In this document: piece by piece, positions 29,163 through 38,997 of the stretch
Numbering within the stretch: the stretch's first letter is position 1
Layout: the number at the start of each line of letters is the position of its first letter
Sequence record: NC_027364.1
Direction: 5' to 3' (one strand)
DNA: 64,000 bases
Position numbers and translations under genes: made by a program
The notes under the pieces: model-generated
Databases searched by the model: none
Seen by the model: only the letters and a program-made list of their open reading frames with translations
Told to the model about the DNA's origin: nothing

Positions 29163-29668
29163 TACTCCAACTCCACAACATTACTTTTTTTGGATTTAAT
29201 CACTGATGGTGGCTCATTAACGCTTGTTTGACCACGAAGTGATTTTTCCAACGCAATGATGCGTTTTAAAGTTTTTATTGATGGTCGCTTCTTCGTCAAC
29301 TCAGCTTTTGCTTCTGAATAATATTTTCTTACATATCCATAGGCATAATATTTTGAACCAATGAAAATTTCAGCAACTACTGGATTTGAGTATTGTGTAT
29401 CAATTCCATCTAGATCCGTGTCTACCGAGTAGAATGAAATATTTGTATCACATGCTGAAATTTTAGCCACCAAAAGATTTGCATCGAACTTATCTAAAAT
29501 TAGAGAAATTGTTTTTTCGGCATCAGCACTATATGGCATAGCAGACATTAAAAGTTGGAATGTCTTAAAGTACTTACTTCCACTAATCATGGTATTGAAA
29601 ATCAATCCAATGGTGATTAATGCAAGTGTACCAATACACACAAACAAAAACCAATATTCAACACTCAT
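29162..29668 (-). CDS. membrane-anchored hypothetical protein
   Basis: N-terminal TM, GAGGA SD. Confidence 0.7.
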   Translation of the reverse strand: MSVEYWFLFVCIGTLALITIGLIFNTMISGSKYFKTFQLLMSAMPYSADAEKTISLILDKFDANLLVAKISACDTNISFYSVDTDLDGIDTQYSNPVVAEIFIGSKYYAYGYVRKYYSEAKAELTKKRPSIKTLKRIIALEKSLRGQTSVNEPPSVIKSKKSNVVELE

Positions 29669-29733
29669 TTATAAATCCTCTTACTTTATATGATTAAAAT
29701 GCCCCATCAAAAATGATGAGGCGGTAAGATAAA

Positions 29734-29943
29734 TTACTTACGATTTGCTTTACGCAGTTCAGATAGTTCTTCTTGAAGACTTTTCTTCCATGCAATCAAG
29801 TGAGCAAAACGGATTGGCCTTGCACCAGTACCGTGGAATACTGCTAGAGCTTCTTCTGCTTGATGAATCTGGAATTGAATGTAGTTCACAGTGCGGTCGA
29901 AGTCGGTGATATCTAGTACTTGTGCGTTAGTTTCTTTAGCCAT
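29734..29943 (-). CDS. hypothetical protein (own promoter and terminator)
   Basis: 69 aa, AAGGGG SD. Confidence 0.7.
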   Translation of the reverse strand: MAKETNAQVLDITDFDRTVNYIQFQIHQAEEALAVFHGTGARPIRFAHLIAWKKSLQEELSELRKANRK

Positions 29944-30058
29944 TTTAATACCCTTTTATTTCTTTTTTATGAAAAACCCTCATCATTGAGGAATGGTTTG
30001 CATTTTAATATCTGCCGATAACAAACATTATATCACAATATCTGTTCTTGTCCAATTT

Positions 30059-30355
30059 TTAATTATTAGAAAGAACAATTTTTGAAACTGGTAAATCTGT
30101 ATCATTTACACGTTGTTCATTATATCCATTCTGTACAAGAATGTCAATAACTTTAGACTTATCAATTGTAAATGATTCTAACATATCATATCGGTAATAA
30201 CCAATAGTCTGACTGAACTCATATTTTCCTGGCTGTTGACGACAACACGTATTTGTTTCAGCCATAATCTTATTGATTAGGTAATATGTTTCAGTACTAT
30301 CAATATTTGGAATATAGATCTTATCATCAAAATGAATTACTTCATGTTTATTCAT
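30059..30355 (-). CDS. hypothetical protein
   Basis: start moved to MNKHEV; ORF track gives 30418. Confidence 0.6.
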   Translation of the reverse strand: MNKHEVIHFDDKIYIPNIDSTETYYLINKIMAETNTCCRQQPGKYEFSQTIGYYRYDMLESFTIDKSKVIDILVQNGYNEQRVNDTDLPVSKIVLSNN

Positions 30356-30617
30356 AGAGTGATTCAATCTCCGCTTTAAGAATGGAAATGATCTCTTTCT
30401 GAAGGCCAGTAATTTCACTGTTCAAAGATGATAGTCGCTTCGATAATGCCATGAATTGCTTTGCATCTTCTTTAGAACGGTCATTTCGTACTTTATCAGA
30501 ACTCCAGTTAGCATATGATTGCTCATCTTTCCTGTTAAGGATATCCCAGTCTAAACGTACTAGTTTACGTTCTTTCTTCAGTTCGCTTAAGCGAGATTTC
30601 ATTTCGTCTTTAGTCAT
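30348..30617 (-). CDS. coiled-coil hypothetical protein
   Basis: 89 aa, charged helical composition. Confidence 0.65.
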   Translation of the reverse strand: MTKDEMKSRLSELKKERKLVRLDWDILNRKDEQSYANWSSDKVRNDRSKEDAKQFMALSKRLSSLNSEITGLQKEIISILKAEIESLYE

Positions 30618-30907
30618 TAGATTGTTCCTTTCATGAAGTCTGGAATAACGATTACGATAGGAGGATTATACTCTACATAACCATTTTTTGTCAATAGACT
30701 TTTAATATCTGAAATCACATTATCATGCTGTTCAATATCTTTATCACAAAAGATTTCTAATTCTTTCTGAAACGGTTTTTTAACCGAGATGTTTTGAGTC
30801 AGTGTTTGGATTCTCTGTAACATATCAATTGGATCTGGACTGAACTCATTACCAACATAAAGAGTACCAGATGCATCTTTTTCTAGCAAGACTTCTAAAA
30901 TTTTCAT
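30617..30907 (-). CDS. hypothetical protein
   Basis: 96-aa ORF coupled to neighbour. Confidence 0.65.
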   Translation of the reverse strand: MKILEVLLEKDASGTLYVGNEFSPDPIDMLQRIQTLTQNISVKKPFQKELEIFCDKDIEQHDNVISDIKSLLTKNGYVEYNPPIVIVIPDFMKGTI

Positions 30908-31740
30908 TTCGTATCCTTCAATTTACTAAAGTTTTCTCGTGTAAATCCAGGAACTGGAAAATATACATCACAGTCAACATCAGGATTCATAATTACCATG
31001 TCATTACATATTATATCACGAATTTTACTGCCGTCCACGATTTTTTGCATTAAATCATTCCATTTTTTACGAGAAATAACGAATGTACTAATTATACATA
31101 AATCATGTCCACGTTTTGAAATATATCCTAGTACTTCATTATCGTAAACAACACGTATGGTAACTTTTCCAATTGTAACCCCTCTTACTGGATTAATACT
31201 AGTATCTTCAAAAATTAATTCTAATTTAAGTTTACCATTCGAAATAAGTGATGAAGTATATTTAGAAACCATTTTATCAATTTCTTGAGTCAAATCATCT
31301 CTACCTAGATATTCAAATACAGAATAAGTTAATTCGTCTGCACCTAGCTGTTGGATAGTTGGAAGCTGTGCAACCATATCTAAAGATACAGGTTCGATAT
31401 ATATTCTTTCAATATCAGAAGATTGTACAAATAGACAACCATCAGGTGTCGTATCTCTAACAATTTCGGCATAATATGTATAAAGATAAAAAACATTAGA
31501 CTCGGATGAGTCAGTTTCTACCCAAATCTCAGATTGTTTCATTTCATCTTTATGAAGAATTCGTTGAGTAAATCCTATGTAAAAACCAAGATATAAATCA
31601 TCATCAGTTTCAAACGGATTAAACATCAAATACGGATATTTGTCAAGGTACTCATTGAACTTACGCTGTACATCTCTATCACAATCCATGATATACTTTC
31701 GGAATTCAGAAATGATTATTTTTTCTAATGACATAATCAA
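30904..31740 (-). CDS. hypothetical protein
   Basis: 278-aa ORF. Confidence 0.75.
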   Translation of the reverse strand: MIMSLEKIIISEFRKYIMDCDRDVQRKFNEYLDKYPYLMFNPFETDDDLYLGFYIGFTQRILHKDEMKQSEIWVETDSSESNVFYLYTYYAEIVRDTTPDGCLFVQSSDIERIYIEPVSLDMVAQLPTIQQLGADELTYSVFEYLGRDDLTQEIDKMVSKYTSSLISNGKLKLELIFEDTSINPVRGVTIGKVTIRVVYDNEVLGYISKRGHDLCIISTFVISRKKWNDLMQKIVDGSKIRDIICNDMVIMNPDVDCDVYFPVPGFTRENFSKLKDTK

Positions 31741-31934
31741 TCCTCAAGATGCATGTAGTACATAAACATCGCCAACCATATAAAAAACCCGAAACAACGA
31801 AGTAAAATATCAATTGTTGGATCTGTCCCACCATTAACTTGGTAAACGATTACTGGGATTGAAGAAATAGCAATAGACACTGTACATAAGATGAATGCAA
31901 CAAACACCTCAAACATAAACTTAATCGTTTCCAT
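31737..31934 (-). CDS. 2-TM membrane protein
   Basis: hydrophobic segments. Confidence 0.65.
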   Translation of the reverse strand: METIKFMFEVFVAFILCTVSIAISSIPVIVYQVNGGTDPTIDILLRCFGFFIWLAMFMYYMHLED

Positions 31935-32493
31935 TATTATCCTTCAATGTGTAGTGTAGTACATCTAAAAAGTTATACATTGATTCATTACGCACAACCT
32001 TGATTGTTAAATTACGACAACCCAACATACGTTTGAGGCGACGCTTCACCGCAGTTAAATCATGTGTACTATTCGTATACAGACCATTAACCTGACCTGG
32101 AACAGTTGGCACATGAAGAATGTAATCATAATTCATTAGTAAGCGTTGATTATATTTCTTTAATGCTTGCTTGTATTCTGAAATATTTTCAAAGAATGTA
32201 CAATAACGGTCGTAACGATTCATTTTATTCAAAATTGAAATACGAAAAGCGTTACCACTATTCCAATCATCTTCAGTTGGGTTTGGGTTGATATGTGCCA
32301 TGTTAGCTGTACTGTACCCACCACTTGTGAAAACTTCAGAATATCCATTCTCAAAAACATACAATGTTGCTTTGTGGCCTCTGAATTTTTTACGGTACTT
32401 TGACAGTACTTGAATGTGATTACGCTTGGACTTGTACATCTCGTAACCTTCATAATCTGAACTGAATTCACAAATTTTATCAACACCAGCCAT
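31921..32493 (-). CDS. hypothetical protein
   Basis: 190 aa, GAGG SD, strong promoter. Confidence 0.75.
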   Translation of the reverse strand: MAGVDKICEFSSDYEGYEMYKSKRNHIQVLSKYRKKFRGHKATLYVFENGYSEVFTSGGYSTANMAHINPNPTEDDWNSGNAFRISILNKMNRYDRYCTFFENISEYKQALKKYNQRLLMNYDYILHVPTVPGQVNGLYTNSTHDLTAVKRRLKRMLGCRNLTIKVVRNESMYNFLDVLHYTLKDNNGND

Positions 32494-32525
32494 TTCGTAT
32501 ATCCTCGTTTAATTAATATAGGAGT

Positions 32526-32554
32526 ATTATACATACTCCATTTTCATGTGTCAA
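32526..32554 (-). promoter_or_regulatory. promoter TTGACA-N17-TATAAT, -10 inside an inverted repeat
   Basis: perfect consensus. Confidence 0.85.
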
Positions 32555-32694
32555 GCTTTATAATACGGAAGACTTTTTACTAAAGATTCAGACGTATTAT
32601 TTTTTACCCATGTACTACCGTTGTCATTAGATACGTATCCAGTACCATTAATAAATTTACGCATAATACCAGTAAAAATATTAGTATACACCAT
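32551..32694 (-). CDS. 47-aa protein (not in ORF track)
   Basis: MVYTNIFTGIMRKFINGTGY...; TAATG coupling. Confidence 0.45.
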   Translation of the reverse strand: MVYTNIFTGIMRKFINGTGYVSNDNGSTWVKNNTSESLVKSLPYYKA

Positions 32695-32891
32695 TACTCA
32701 GTATCCTTTGGTTTAGAATGTAAACCATACTTTTCATCATAACGATCATAGGTAGTACCATTAGTACTAGCTTTGATGCTTTCAGTACGATTGATTGGTT
32801 CAATCTTAACACCACGATAACCAATCTCTTCTTTAAATTGTTCCCATGATTCACGTAGACTCATTTTAGCCCCTTTTGTTATTTCATACAC
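32694..32891 (-). CDS. hypothetical protein
   Basis: 65 aa; start possibly MSLRES. Confidence 0.55.
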   Translation of the reverse strand: MYEITKGAKMSLRESWEQFKEEIGYRGVKIEPINRTESIKASTNGTTYDRYDEKYGLHSKPKDTE

Positions 32892-33024
32892 TCACGTAGG
32901 TCAATCTTTTCTACTGACCCACCGAGCACTAGATAGTGAAAATTAGAATCTTTGTTTGCCATATTCAAAAGATCTGCTTTCTGTTGAAGCGTAAAGCGTG
33001 AAGTACTGTTACGTACTGGCATAG

Positions 33025-33468
33025 TTACTCCTTAAAGTAGATATCACGAATTTGTTTAATCATCTCTAACTCTTGAAGTCCTATCATACCAAAGTCTTCT
33101 TGTATTGTCAACTGCTGAAAGTACATTTCTTCTAAATTATTGTACGGAATCTCAACAAGATTCAAAGGCTCACTTTCCACACGATAAATTGTATCTTGTA
33201 CATCATGTTTTTCGATATGAATACTAAATGTATCTTTTTGAATTCTAAATTTATAAAATGTTTGATTTGTTGTAAACAAACCAACTTTAGGATGGAATCC
33301 CATTTGAATACACAAACAATCTTCATCCTTATATTTCAAGTATATAGCTTTTGACGTTGCTAGTACTTTAGATTTTGGGAAATAAAAATCACCCATCAGC
33401 TTCTGACGTTTCCAGTCCTCATATACAACTGGATGCTTAACCTTCTTCAATTGGTGCAGTACTGTCAT
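33025..33468 (-). CDS. EExxFQxS-motif family protein
   Basis: NLEEMYFQQLTIQEDFG. Confidence 0.7.
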   Translation of the reverse strand: MTVLHQLKKVKHPVVYEDWKRQKLMGDFYFPKSKVLATSKAIYLKYKDEDCLCIQMGFHPKVGLFTTNQTFYKFRIQKDTFSIHIEKHDVQDTIYRVESEPLNLVEIPYNNLEEMYFQQLTIQEDFGMIGLQELEMIKQIRDIYFKE

Positions 33469-33848
33469 AGTTTTTTCCAGTCCAATGAATCGAAATCGAT
33501 TTGTTCAGGATTATCAACAGCGACAACTCGTGCATTATGAAGAGTTTCAAAGTAGCCGTTCCACGGTGTACGTACTGGAATTTTTTCATCTCCAATTTTT
33601 ACAAAGAAAGAGAATTCACATGACATTGGATCAAACCATTCTTTATGTTTGGCTTCATCGATTATTGTCGCACGTTCGTTACTATATGCATCATCGAGTT
33701 TCTTAAAGAATACCCAATGCTCTTTCAAAGACTGTAATGCTACAACTGCCTCATCCTTTGATTCCCATTGAACATCCAATGTATTGGTAACTGAATCTTC
33801 AGTTTCAGTGTCCCCTGTAGTGTAATGTACTTCAATGCTGTATTTCAT
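33465..33848 (-). CDS. conserved phage hypothetical protein
   Basis: Y.I.V.YTTGD...W...A...L....EH...W.GYFE.L...+V pattern. Confidence 0.7.
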   Translation of the reverse strand: MKYSIEVHYTTGDTETEDSVTNTLDVQWESKDEAVVALQSLKEHWVFFKKLDDAYSNERATIIDEAKHKEWFDPMSCEFSFFVKIGDEKIPVRTPWNGYFETLHNARVVAVDNPEQIDFDSLDWKKL

Positions 33849-34303
33849 TAATCATCGCCTTTTAGTAATTTACAAATTTCAATCATATGATAATAACATG
33901 TATTCCAAAATTGTCCATTAGTACTTCCAACATCATGCACAGTACTTTGTTGGAAAACATATTCATCGTTGAACATCATTTTAATATCATCAATGTAAAA
34001 TTCTGGTTTTGAATCATTATTGTATTCAATACTCGTTTCACCATCTGGATCAAGTGAAATTGATGATATGTCGTGAATTCCTCTCGGATTTGTTGGATAA
34101 ATTCTCAACGTAAGAGGATAGAAGTCTGGATCGGTTTCATAAGTATATTCGATTATGTAATAACCATCACCAGTAATTGATTGATATTTAAATGTAGTTT
34201 CAATTGAATTTGAGATGTTAAATCCCAGTTTCTTTATCTCATCTACATGAGATAATATTTTATGTAAAGTTCCTAAAACATGAATCAAATTATCAATTTT
34301 CAT
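33848..34303 (-). CDS. EExxFQxS-motif family protein
   Basis: NDEYVFQQSTVHDVG. Confidence 0.7.
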   Translation of the reverse strand: MKIDNLIHVLGTLHKILSHVDEIKKLGFNISNSIETTFKYQSITGDGYYIIEYTYETDPDFYPLTLRIYPTNPRGIHDISSISLDPDGETSIEYNNDSKPEFYIDDIKMMFNDEYVFQQSTVHDVGSTNGQFWNTCYYHMIEICKLLKGDD

Positions 34304-34842
34304 TTACGAACCTTTGAAAAGTTTAGTTTAAAAGATTTACCAAATTCCATTGTAGCTTTACCCAGATTGTTAATATTTTCCTTTAACATTTCTTGCATCT
34401 TATTCATACTTTCAATCCAAGCTTCTTCTTCGATACGAAGAATTGGTCGCAATCGTTCCTGAATATCGATAAAACGTGTATTGAGTTCTACTAATGATTC
34501 ATATGTGAAATCTTTCATGTCGATAATAGTACTTCGTTGAAAGAATTCTTCTTCGGATAAATTACTTAAAATGATTTTATCACGACCAATAGATAATGTC
34601 AATTCATCATCTTTATTTTTTTTAATTACAATACTAACAGGTGTTTTTAATGTAATGCAAATATCATGATTATTAAATGTTTCAGTTTGGTTTGACATTC
34701 TGAATTGAAGTTTCCCAGATAAAGCATGTACTGGTGATGGTTTCTTTTTACCAGTAATAACATCTTCCCATGAATCGAGAATATTATTAATAATTTTAAC
34801 ATAAGGAATTGGCATATATGCACCTATGAAAAATCCACGCAA
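34300..34842 (-). CDS. EExxFQxS-motif family protein with coiled-coil tail
   Basis: LSEEEFFQRSTIIDMKDFTYESL. Confidence 0.7.
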   Translation of the reverse strand: MRGFFIGAYMPIPYVKIINNILDSWEDVITGKKKPSPVHALSGKLQFRMSNQTETFNNHDICITLKTPVSIVIKKNKDDELTLSIGRDKIILSNLSEEEFFQRSTIIDMKDFTYESLVELNTRFIDIQERLRPILRIEEEAWIESMNKMQEMLKENINNLGKATMEFGKSFKLNFSKVRK

Positions 34843-34857
34843 TGCGTGGATTTGTAA

Positions 34858-35388
34858 TTATTCAAGTATAGTAATTTCAATTAAACGAATTTCGATAAAC
34901 TCGTTTTCAGTTTCCCATGACGTGCCAAATTTCTTTTCAAGTTCAGATTTCACATCACTTTTAAATTTTCCCATAGTATTAGGAATAATTTGTTTGGTTA
35001 ATTTGTCGTAACCACAATAAAACATAGGTTTCTCCCTTCGAGATATTAGCTGAACAAAATCTTTTGGATATGCAGGTATGTTATGCATCACTTCATGAAT
35101 ACACTCAGTACTTGAATCTTGTACTTTGTACATTACATTAAGTTTACCTCTGAAATTTGCGGTCATATCAACAATAGTTCCTTTACCCGATTTAAGTAAA
35201 GTTCCATTCTTTGAATGAGAGCAATAAAATACCTCATCACCAATATTAGGATAATACAAATTAAATTCTAATTCAGATTTTACAGCCAGCCGTTTGAAAC
35301 TTTCTGTACGTTTTATATAAGTTTGGTATTTGTTTATGTTCAAAAGAATATCTCTCTTAGTAAATGTGATATAACTGGCATAGTCCAT
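34858..35388 (-). CDS. hypothetical protein
   Basis: 176 aa; overlaps MTase 3' end, start uncertain. Confidence 0.65.
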   Translation of the reverse strand: MDYASYITFTKRDILLNINKYQTYIKRTESFKRLAVKSELEFNLYYPNIGDEVFYCSHSKNGTLLKSGKGTIVDMTANFRGKLNVMYKVQDSSTECIHEVMHNIPAYPKDFVQLISRREKPMFYCGYDKLTKQIIPNTMGKFKSDVKSELEKKFGTSWETENEFIEIRLIEITILE

Positions 35389-36200
35389 CCATTCCCAAGC
35401 ATTTTGTATGCTTGTGTCTTACTAGACACTTTAAAGAAATCTTCAGGAACACCCTGTAATTTACAACATTCTACTACACTTAAGTGTCTATAGTCAATAT
35501 TTCTTTTGCCATTCTCTAATAGATATTGACGACTGATCACTGGGTCACGAAACACCAATTGTCGTCTGGATTTATTAAAGTACTGGTTACAATCACCACC
35601 TTTAAAATAGTTAGCATCTATACAGTACGAAGCGGTTCTGTCAGTGTACCAACCATCTTCAATAATATCTTGAAGTTTAGGTGCATTGGATAATGCAGGT
35701 GGTATAAAAAGCTTATCAGTACTGTACCAGTAATATCTCTGCCTGAAGTGAGGCGTATAATGCTGGGAGTTTATCAGTACTGGCGTGATTCCTAAAATAC
35801 TATTAATGTATTCTTTGAAATCTTCTTTCATTTTAACATTTTCAAACAGAAATTTCAAGTTAGGATTAAGACTTTTGATATGATCAAAAATTTCAACCAT
35901 TACTAAAAATAACTGCCCACGTATATCATTTAAACCACCCTGTTTACCTGCTACTGACCAGGCTTGGCATGGGAAACCACCCATTAATAAATCTATTTTG
36001 TCCCACTCAATATCCCATTCTCTCCACTTAGTTACATCACCCAATTGGATAATATCAGGAAAGTTAGATTGAGATTCAGCTATTGCGTACTTATCAATTT
36101 CGGATGAATAATATTTTTCAACTGGGATACCAGCATCTTGCAATGCCATATATCCCACACTCATTCCATTAAAAAGAGAAAGTACTCGGATAGGTTTCAT
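35340..36200 (-). CDS. DNA (cytosine-5)-methyltransferase
   Basis: motif I SLFNG, IV GFPCQ, VI ENV, VIII RQRYY, X GNGW. Confidence 0.92.
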   Translation of the reverse strand: MKPIRVLSLFNGMSVGYMALQDAGIPVEKYYSSEIDKYAIAESQSNFPDIIQLGDVTKWREWDIEWDKIDLLMGGFPCQAWSVAGKQGGLNDIRGQLFLVMVEIFDHIKSLNPNLKFLFENVKMKEDFKEYINSILGITPVLINSQHYTPHFRQRYYWYSTDKLFIPPALSNAPKLQDIIEDGWYTDRTASYCIDANYFKGGDCNQYFNKSRRQLVFRDPVISRQYLLENGKRNIDYRHLSVVECCKLQGVPEDFFKVSSKTQAYKMLGNGWTMPVISHLLREIFF

Positions 36201-36252
36201 ATAAAATCCTTTTTATATTGTTAAGGTACTATAATATATTATAGCATCTTAT

Positions 36253-36543
36253 TTAGAAATCTTCCAAACTTTTTTCATCACACCATCGTGATGTACAGAT
36301 GATTGCAGATGCCAGAATTGAAGCACTTGCACGTCCTCCACCGAGTAAGTACTGGCTAATTACGCCAATCATATTGAACACTTTATCATACTCGGTTAGT
36401 TGTTCAAAACCTTTCTTCCAATGCTGATATTCTTCTTCTGTGACATTAAACTCACCATCAAGTTCCTTTAAAATCTTTTTAAGCACAGCACTATGTTCAC
36501 TCATCATCATCTCCATATCGTTCGTCATAAAAATCATCATCAC
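36253..36543 (-). CDS. hypothetical protein
   Basis: 96 aa; start uncertain. Confidence 0.6.
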   Translation of the reverse strand: MMMIFMTNDMEMMMSEHSAVLKKILKELDGEFNVTEEEYQHWKKGFEQLTEYDKVFNMIGVISQYLLGGGRASASILASAIICTSRWCDEKSLEDF

Positions 36544-36582
36544 GATCTAATGGTTCTTTTGGCTTTTCAGACATATATTTCC

Positions 36583-36843
36583 TCACATGGTAAAGGTATT
36601 ATCACCATCCATATCTTCATCAGTTGCTTCAGCTAATGTCTTGATTGTAAGTAATCCACGCTTCACGTACAACATGAAGACCTTTTCATAATTACCAAAC
36701 ATAATCTCAGGTGACATGTAATTCTCTGTTACAATGACGATTGGACGGCCCTGTGAAAGCATACGAAACATAGTACGATATTTGTCAAATGTGCGAAATT
36801 CATCCATGTTCATCATGTGGCGTTTACGAACTACTTTAGTCAT
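36583..36843 (-). CDS. hypothetical protein
   Basis: 86 aa, AAGG SD. Confidence 0.7.
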   Translation of the reverse strand: MTKVVRKRHMMNMDEFRTFDKYRTMFRMLSQGRPIVIVTENYMSPEIMFGNYEKVFMLYVKRGLLTIKTLAEATDEDMDGDNTFTM

Positions 36844-36857
36844 CTTAATACCTTTAG

Positions 36858-37298
36858 TTAATTGAACTCTACTTCTGGATAATGATTATAGAACATCTCA
36901 CGAACTGCGTCAAGATGTTCTTGAAATTGTTTTATATCTTCTAATGATGGTGCATCAATAACAGTGCTAAGTTGAAACAACGATTCTTCTGTGTTATATA
37001 GTGACATATCAAATGAGTTATTGTTGTCATCAGTTATGATATTATCACAAATTTCGTATGTGTCAATACAAACATCATCAAGTGTTGTATTATCATATAC
37101 AGTGTATACGAATACAAAAATAAAAGAAGAATGTTCTTTACCATAACGCGGTGGGTCATATGTCACATAGCATTTGTGGTCAAATGTATCGAGTTCCATA
37201 GACACCACCCCAGCTTCACGATATTCATTAGTTTCACTGGTAAGATCCGGTATTGATGTTATCGAAAGTAAGTGGAGAAATTTACTTGGATTTAGCAT
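36858..37298 (-). CDS. EExxFQxS-motif family protein
   Basis: NTEESLFQLSTVIDAPSLEDI. Confidence 0.7.
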   Translation of the reverse strand: MLNPSKFLHLLSITSIPDLTSETNEYREAGVVSMELDTFDHKCYVTYDPPRYGKEHSSFIFVFVYTVYDNTTLDDVCIDTYEICDNIITDDNNNSFDMSLYNTEESLFQLSTVIDAPSLEDIKQFQEHLDAVREMFYNHYPEVEFN

Positions 37299-37753
37299 TT
37301 CACCACCATTGGATTTTGCGACTGTATATTAAAAAGGGATAATACAAAAGTACTCAATTTTTCGAAACAATCTATTAATACATTTAACTCATCATAACTA
37401 ACACCAATTTCACGAATAAGCGATTGTTGAAAGAATCCTTCTTCGGTTAACGTTAAACTACTAACCTCAGTTATGTTATAATAACTTTGGGATGTTGTGG
37501 TTGATATTATTTGTATTGCAATCGTATCTGATGTTGTGTTGTACAGATATAAATATTTTGTTTTTCTTTCCAATGGATCTATACATGAAAGATCGATCAT
37601 GTCATAGGTTTTTCCAATAAAAATATTACAATCATCTGACAATTCACAACAAATGCGTATATGTTCTTTCGGGTCATGAACACGTTGTGTGTCAAATTCA
37701 CATGACATTGCAATTTCAAAATGATTTTTTATTTCGTCAACATTCATCTGCAC
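37292..37753 (-). CDS. EExxFQxS-motif family protein
   Basis: LTEEGFFQQSLIREIGVSYDEL. Confidence 0.7.
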   Translation of the reverse strand: MQMNVDEIKNHFEIAMSCEFDTQRVHDPKEHIRICCELSDDCNIFIGKTYDMIDLSCIDPLERKTKYLYLYNTTSDTIAIQIISTTTSQSYYNITEVSSLTLTEEGFFQQSLIREIGVSYDELNVLIDCFEKLSTFVLSLFNIQSQNPMVVKC

Positions 37754-38121
37754 CCACCATTAATTCTTATATTTGTATAGTTTAATGCTTTTTTAATAAT
37801 ACCAATTTCTGTAATTCCTATTACATTTTTCTCAATCAATGACAATTGGAATAGTTCCTCTTCGGAAATATCAATACTGTGAATTCTTGTACAATAATCG
37901 TTGAAGTCATATACATATCGTATTGTATAGTCGTTTATAGAAACTGATACAATTGCAATCCCATCATGGATGTAAGTTAGTTCATTTGAGTATCTATTAA
38001 AAATTAACCTATCTGGTGAACCTAATGGTAGTTGAAATGTATTTCTAGTATCTTGAACAATAACAAAATCATCATCTATATTTTTACTCAGAACACCCAA
38101 AATATCATATATAGTAGTCAT
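37744..38121 (-). CDS. EExxFQxS-motif family protein
   Basis: ISEEELFQLSLIEKN. Confidence 0.7.
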   Translation of the reverse strand: MTTIYDILGVLSKNIDDDFVIVQDTRNTFQLPLGSPDRLIFNRYSNELTYIHDGIAIVSVSINDYTIRYVYDFNDYCTRIHSIDISEEELFQLSLIEKNVIGITEIGIIKKALNYTNIRINGGCR

Positions 38122-38122
38122 G

Positions 38123-38527
38123 TTATTCTTTACCTTCAGCAGTTCTGATAATTTTCATAACTTCTCTGGATAGTGCGTATATTTTTTTATAGTACTCAAA
38201 TGTAACTGAACCAAAATCATTAATAGTACTAGCCATGAAGAACGATTCTTCTGTATATAGTTCATTTGACAAAGCAACCAGTTCTTGGTGAAATTTTGCG
38301 TCCTTCCAATAACGAAATTCAAAAACAAATTGTCCGTCATGACCGACTCTACAACATTCAGAACGATCACTGTCTACACAGCTAAACACAATATCCCTTT
38401 CAGAGTCGTACCAGATATTTCCAATATTTGTTTCAATAACAGCATAATCAATTTTTTTAGAATTTGGAATTAAACCTTTTTTCACCAGCACTAAACTGGT
38501 ATTGTCAATATCTAGTAAACTTACCAT
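38123..38527 (-). CDS. EExxFQxS-motif family protein
   Basis: YTEESFFMASTINDFGSVTFEYY. Confidence 0.7.
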   Translation of the reverse strand: MVSLLDIDNTSLVLVKKGLIPNSKKIDYAVIETNIGNIWYDSERDIVFSCVDSDRSECCRVGHDGQFVFEFRYWKDAKFHQELVALSNELYTEESFFMASTINDFGSVTFEYYKKIYALSREVMKIIRTAEGKE

Positions 38528-38528
38528 A

Positions 38529-38939
38529 TCAATTCCTCATTACTAAAGTGTTTTTAATCTCTAACAATTCACTATACATCTTCTTGAATTGTAATATATC
38601 TTCAAAAGTAATACCACCAAGATCATCAACTAATGAACGTTGGAATAAAGATTCACTTGTTTGTAATGTATCTAAATCGGTGATTTTTAATAAAGAACTT
38701 GGATTAAGTGTTTCGACTAGTAGTATGTTTTTGTATGGTACATATGTGATCTTGATGTTCTTTTTATAATTAATCTTATAAAATCGCATAATTGACGATT
38801 CATCACTTAGTTGGATAATTGGGTCGTCTTGATCATTAGACCACCATACAGTACTAGTCATATGATTGACGTGGTGGTTCAATTCTGATATGTCCAAATC
38901 TAAAAAATATTTTAGTTCATTGTGTAAATCTAAACTCAT
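38529..38939 (-). CDS. EExxFQxS-motif family protein
   Basis: TSESLFQRSLVDDLGGITFEDI. Confidence 0.7.
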   Translation of the reverse strand: MSLDLHNELKYFLDLDISELNHHVNHMTSTVWWSNDQDDPIIQLSDESSIMRFYKINYKKNIKITYVPYKNILLVETLNPSSLLKITDLDTLQTSESLFQRSLVDDLGGITFEDILQFKKMYSELLEIKNTLVMRN

Positions 38940-38968
38940 AATTTATCCTCAATGCAGCATCATCATGT

Positions 38969-38997
38969 ATTGTAGGATAAACCCACAATAATGTCAA
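38969..38997 (-). promoter_or_regulatory. promoter TTGACA-N17-TACAAT
   Basis: motifs read directly. Confidence 0.75.
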
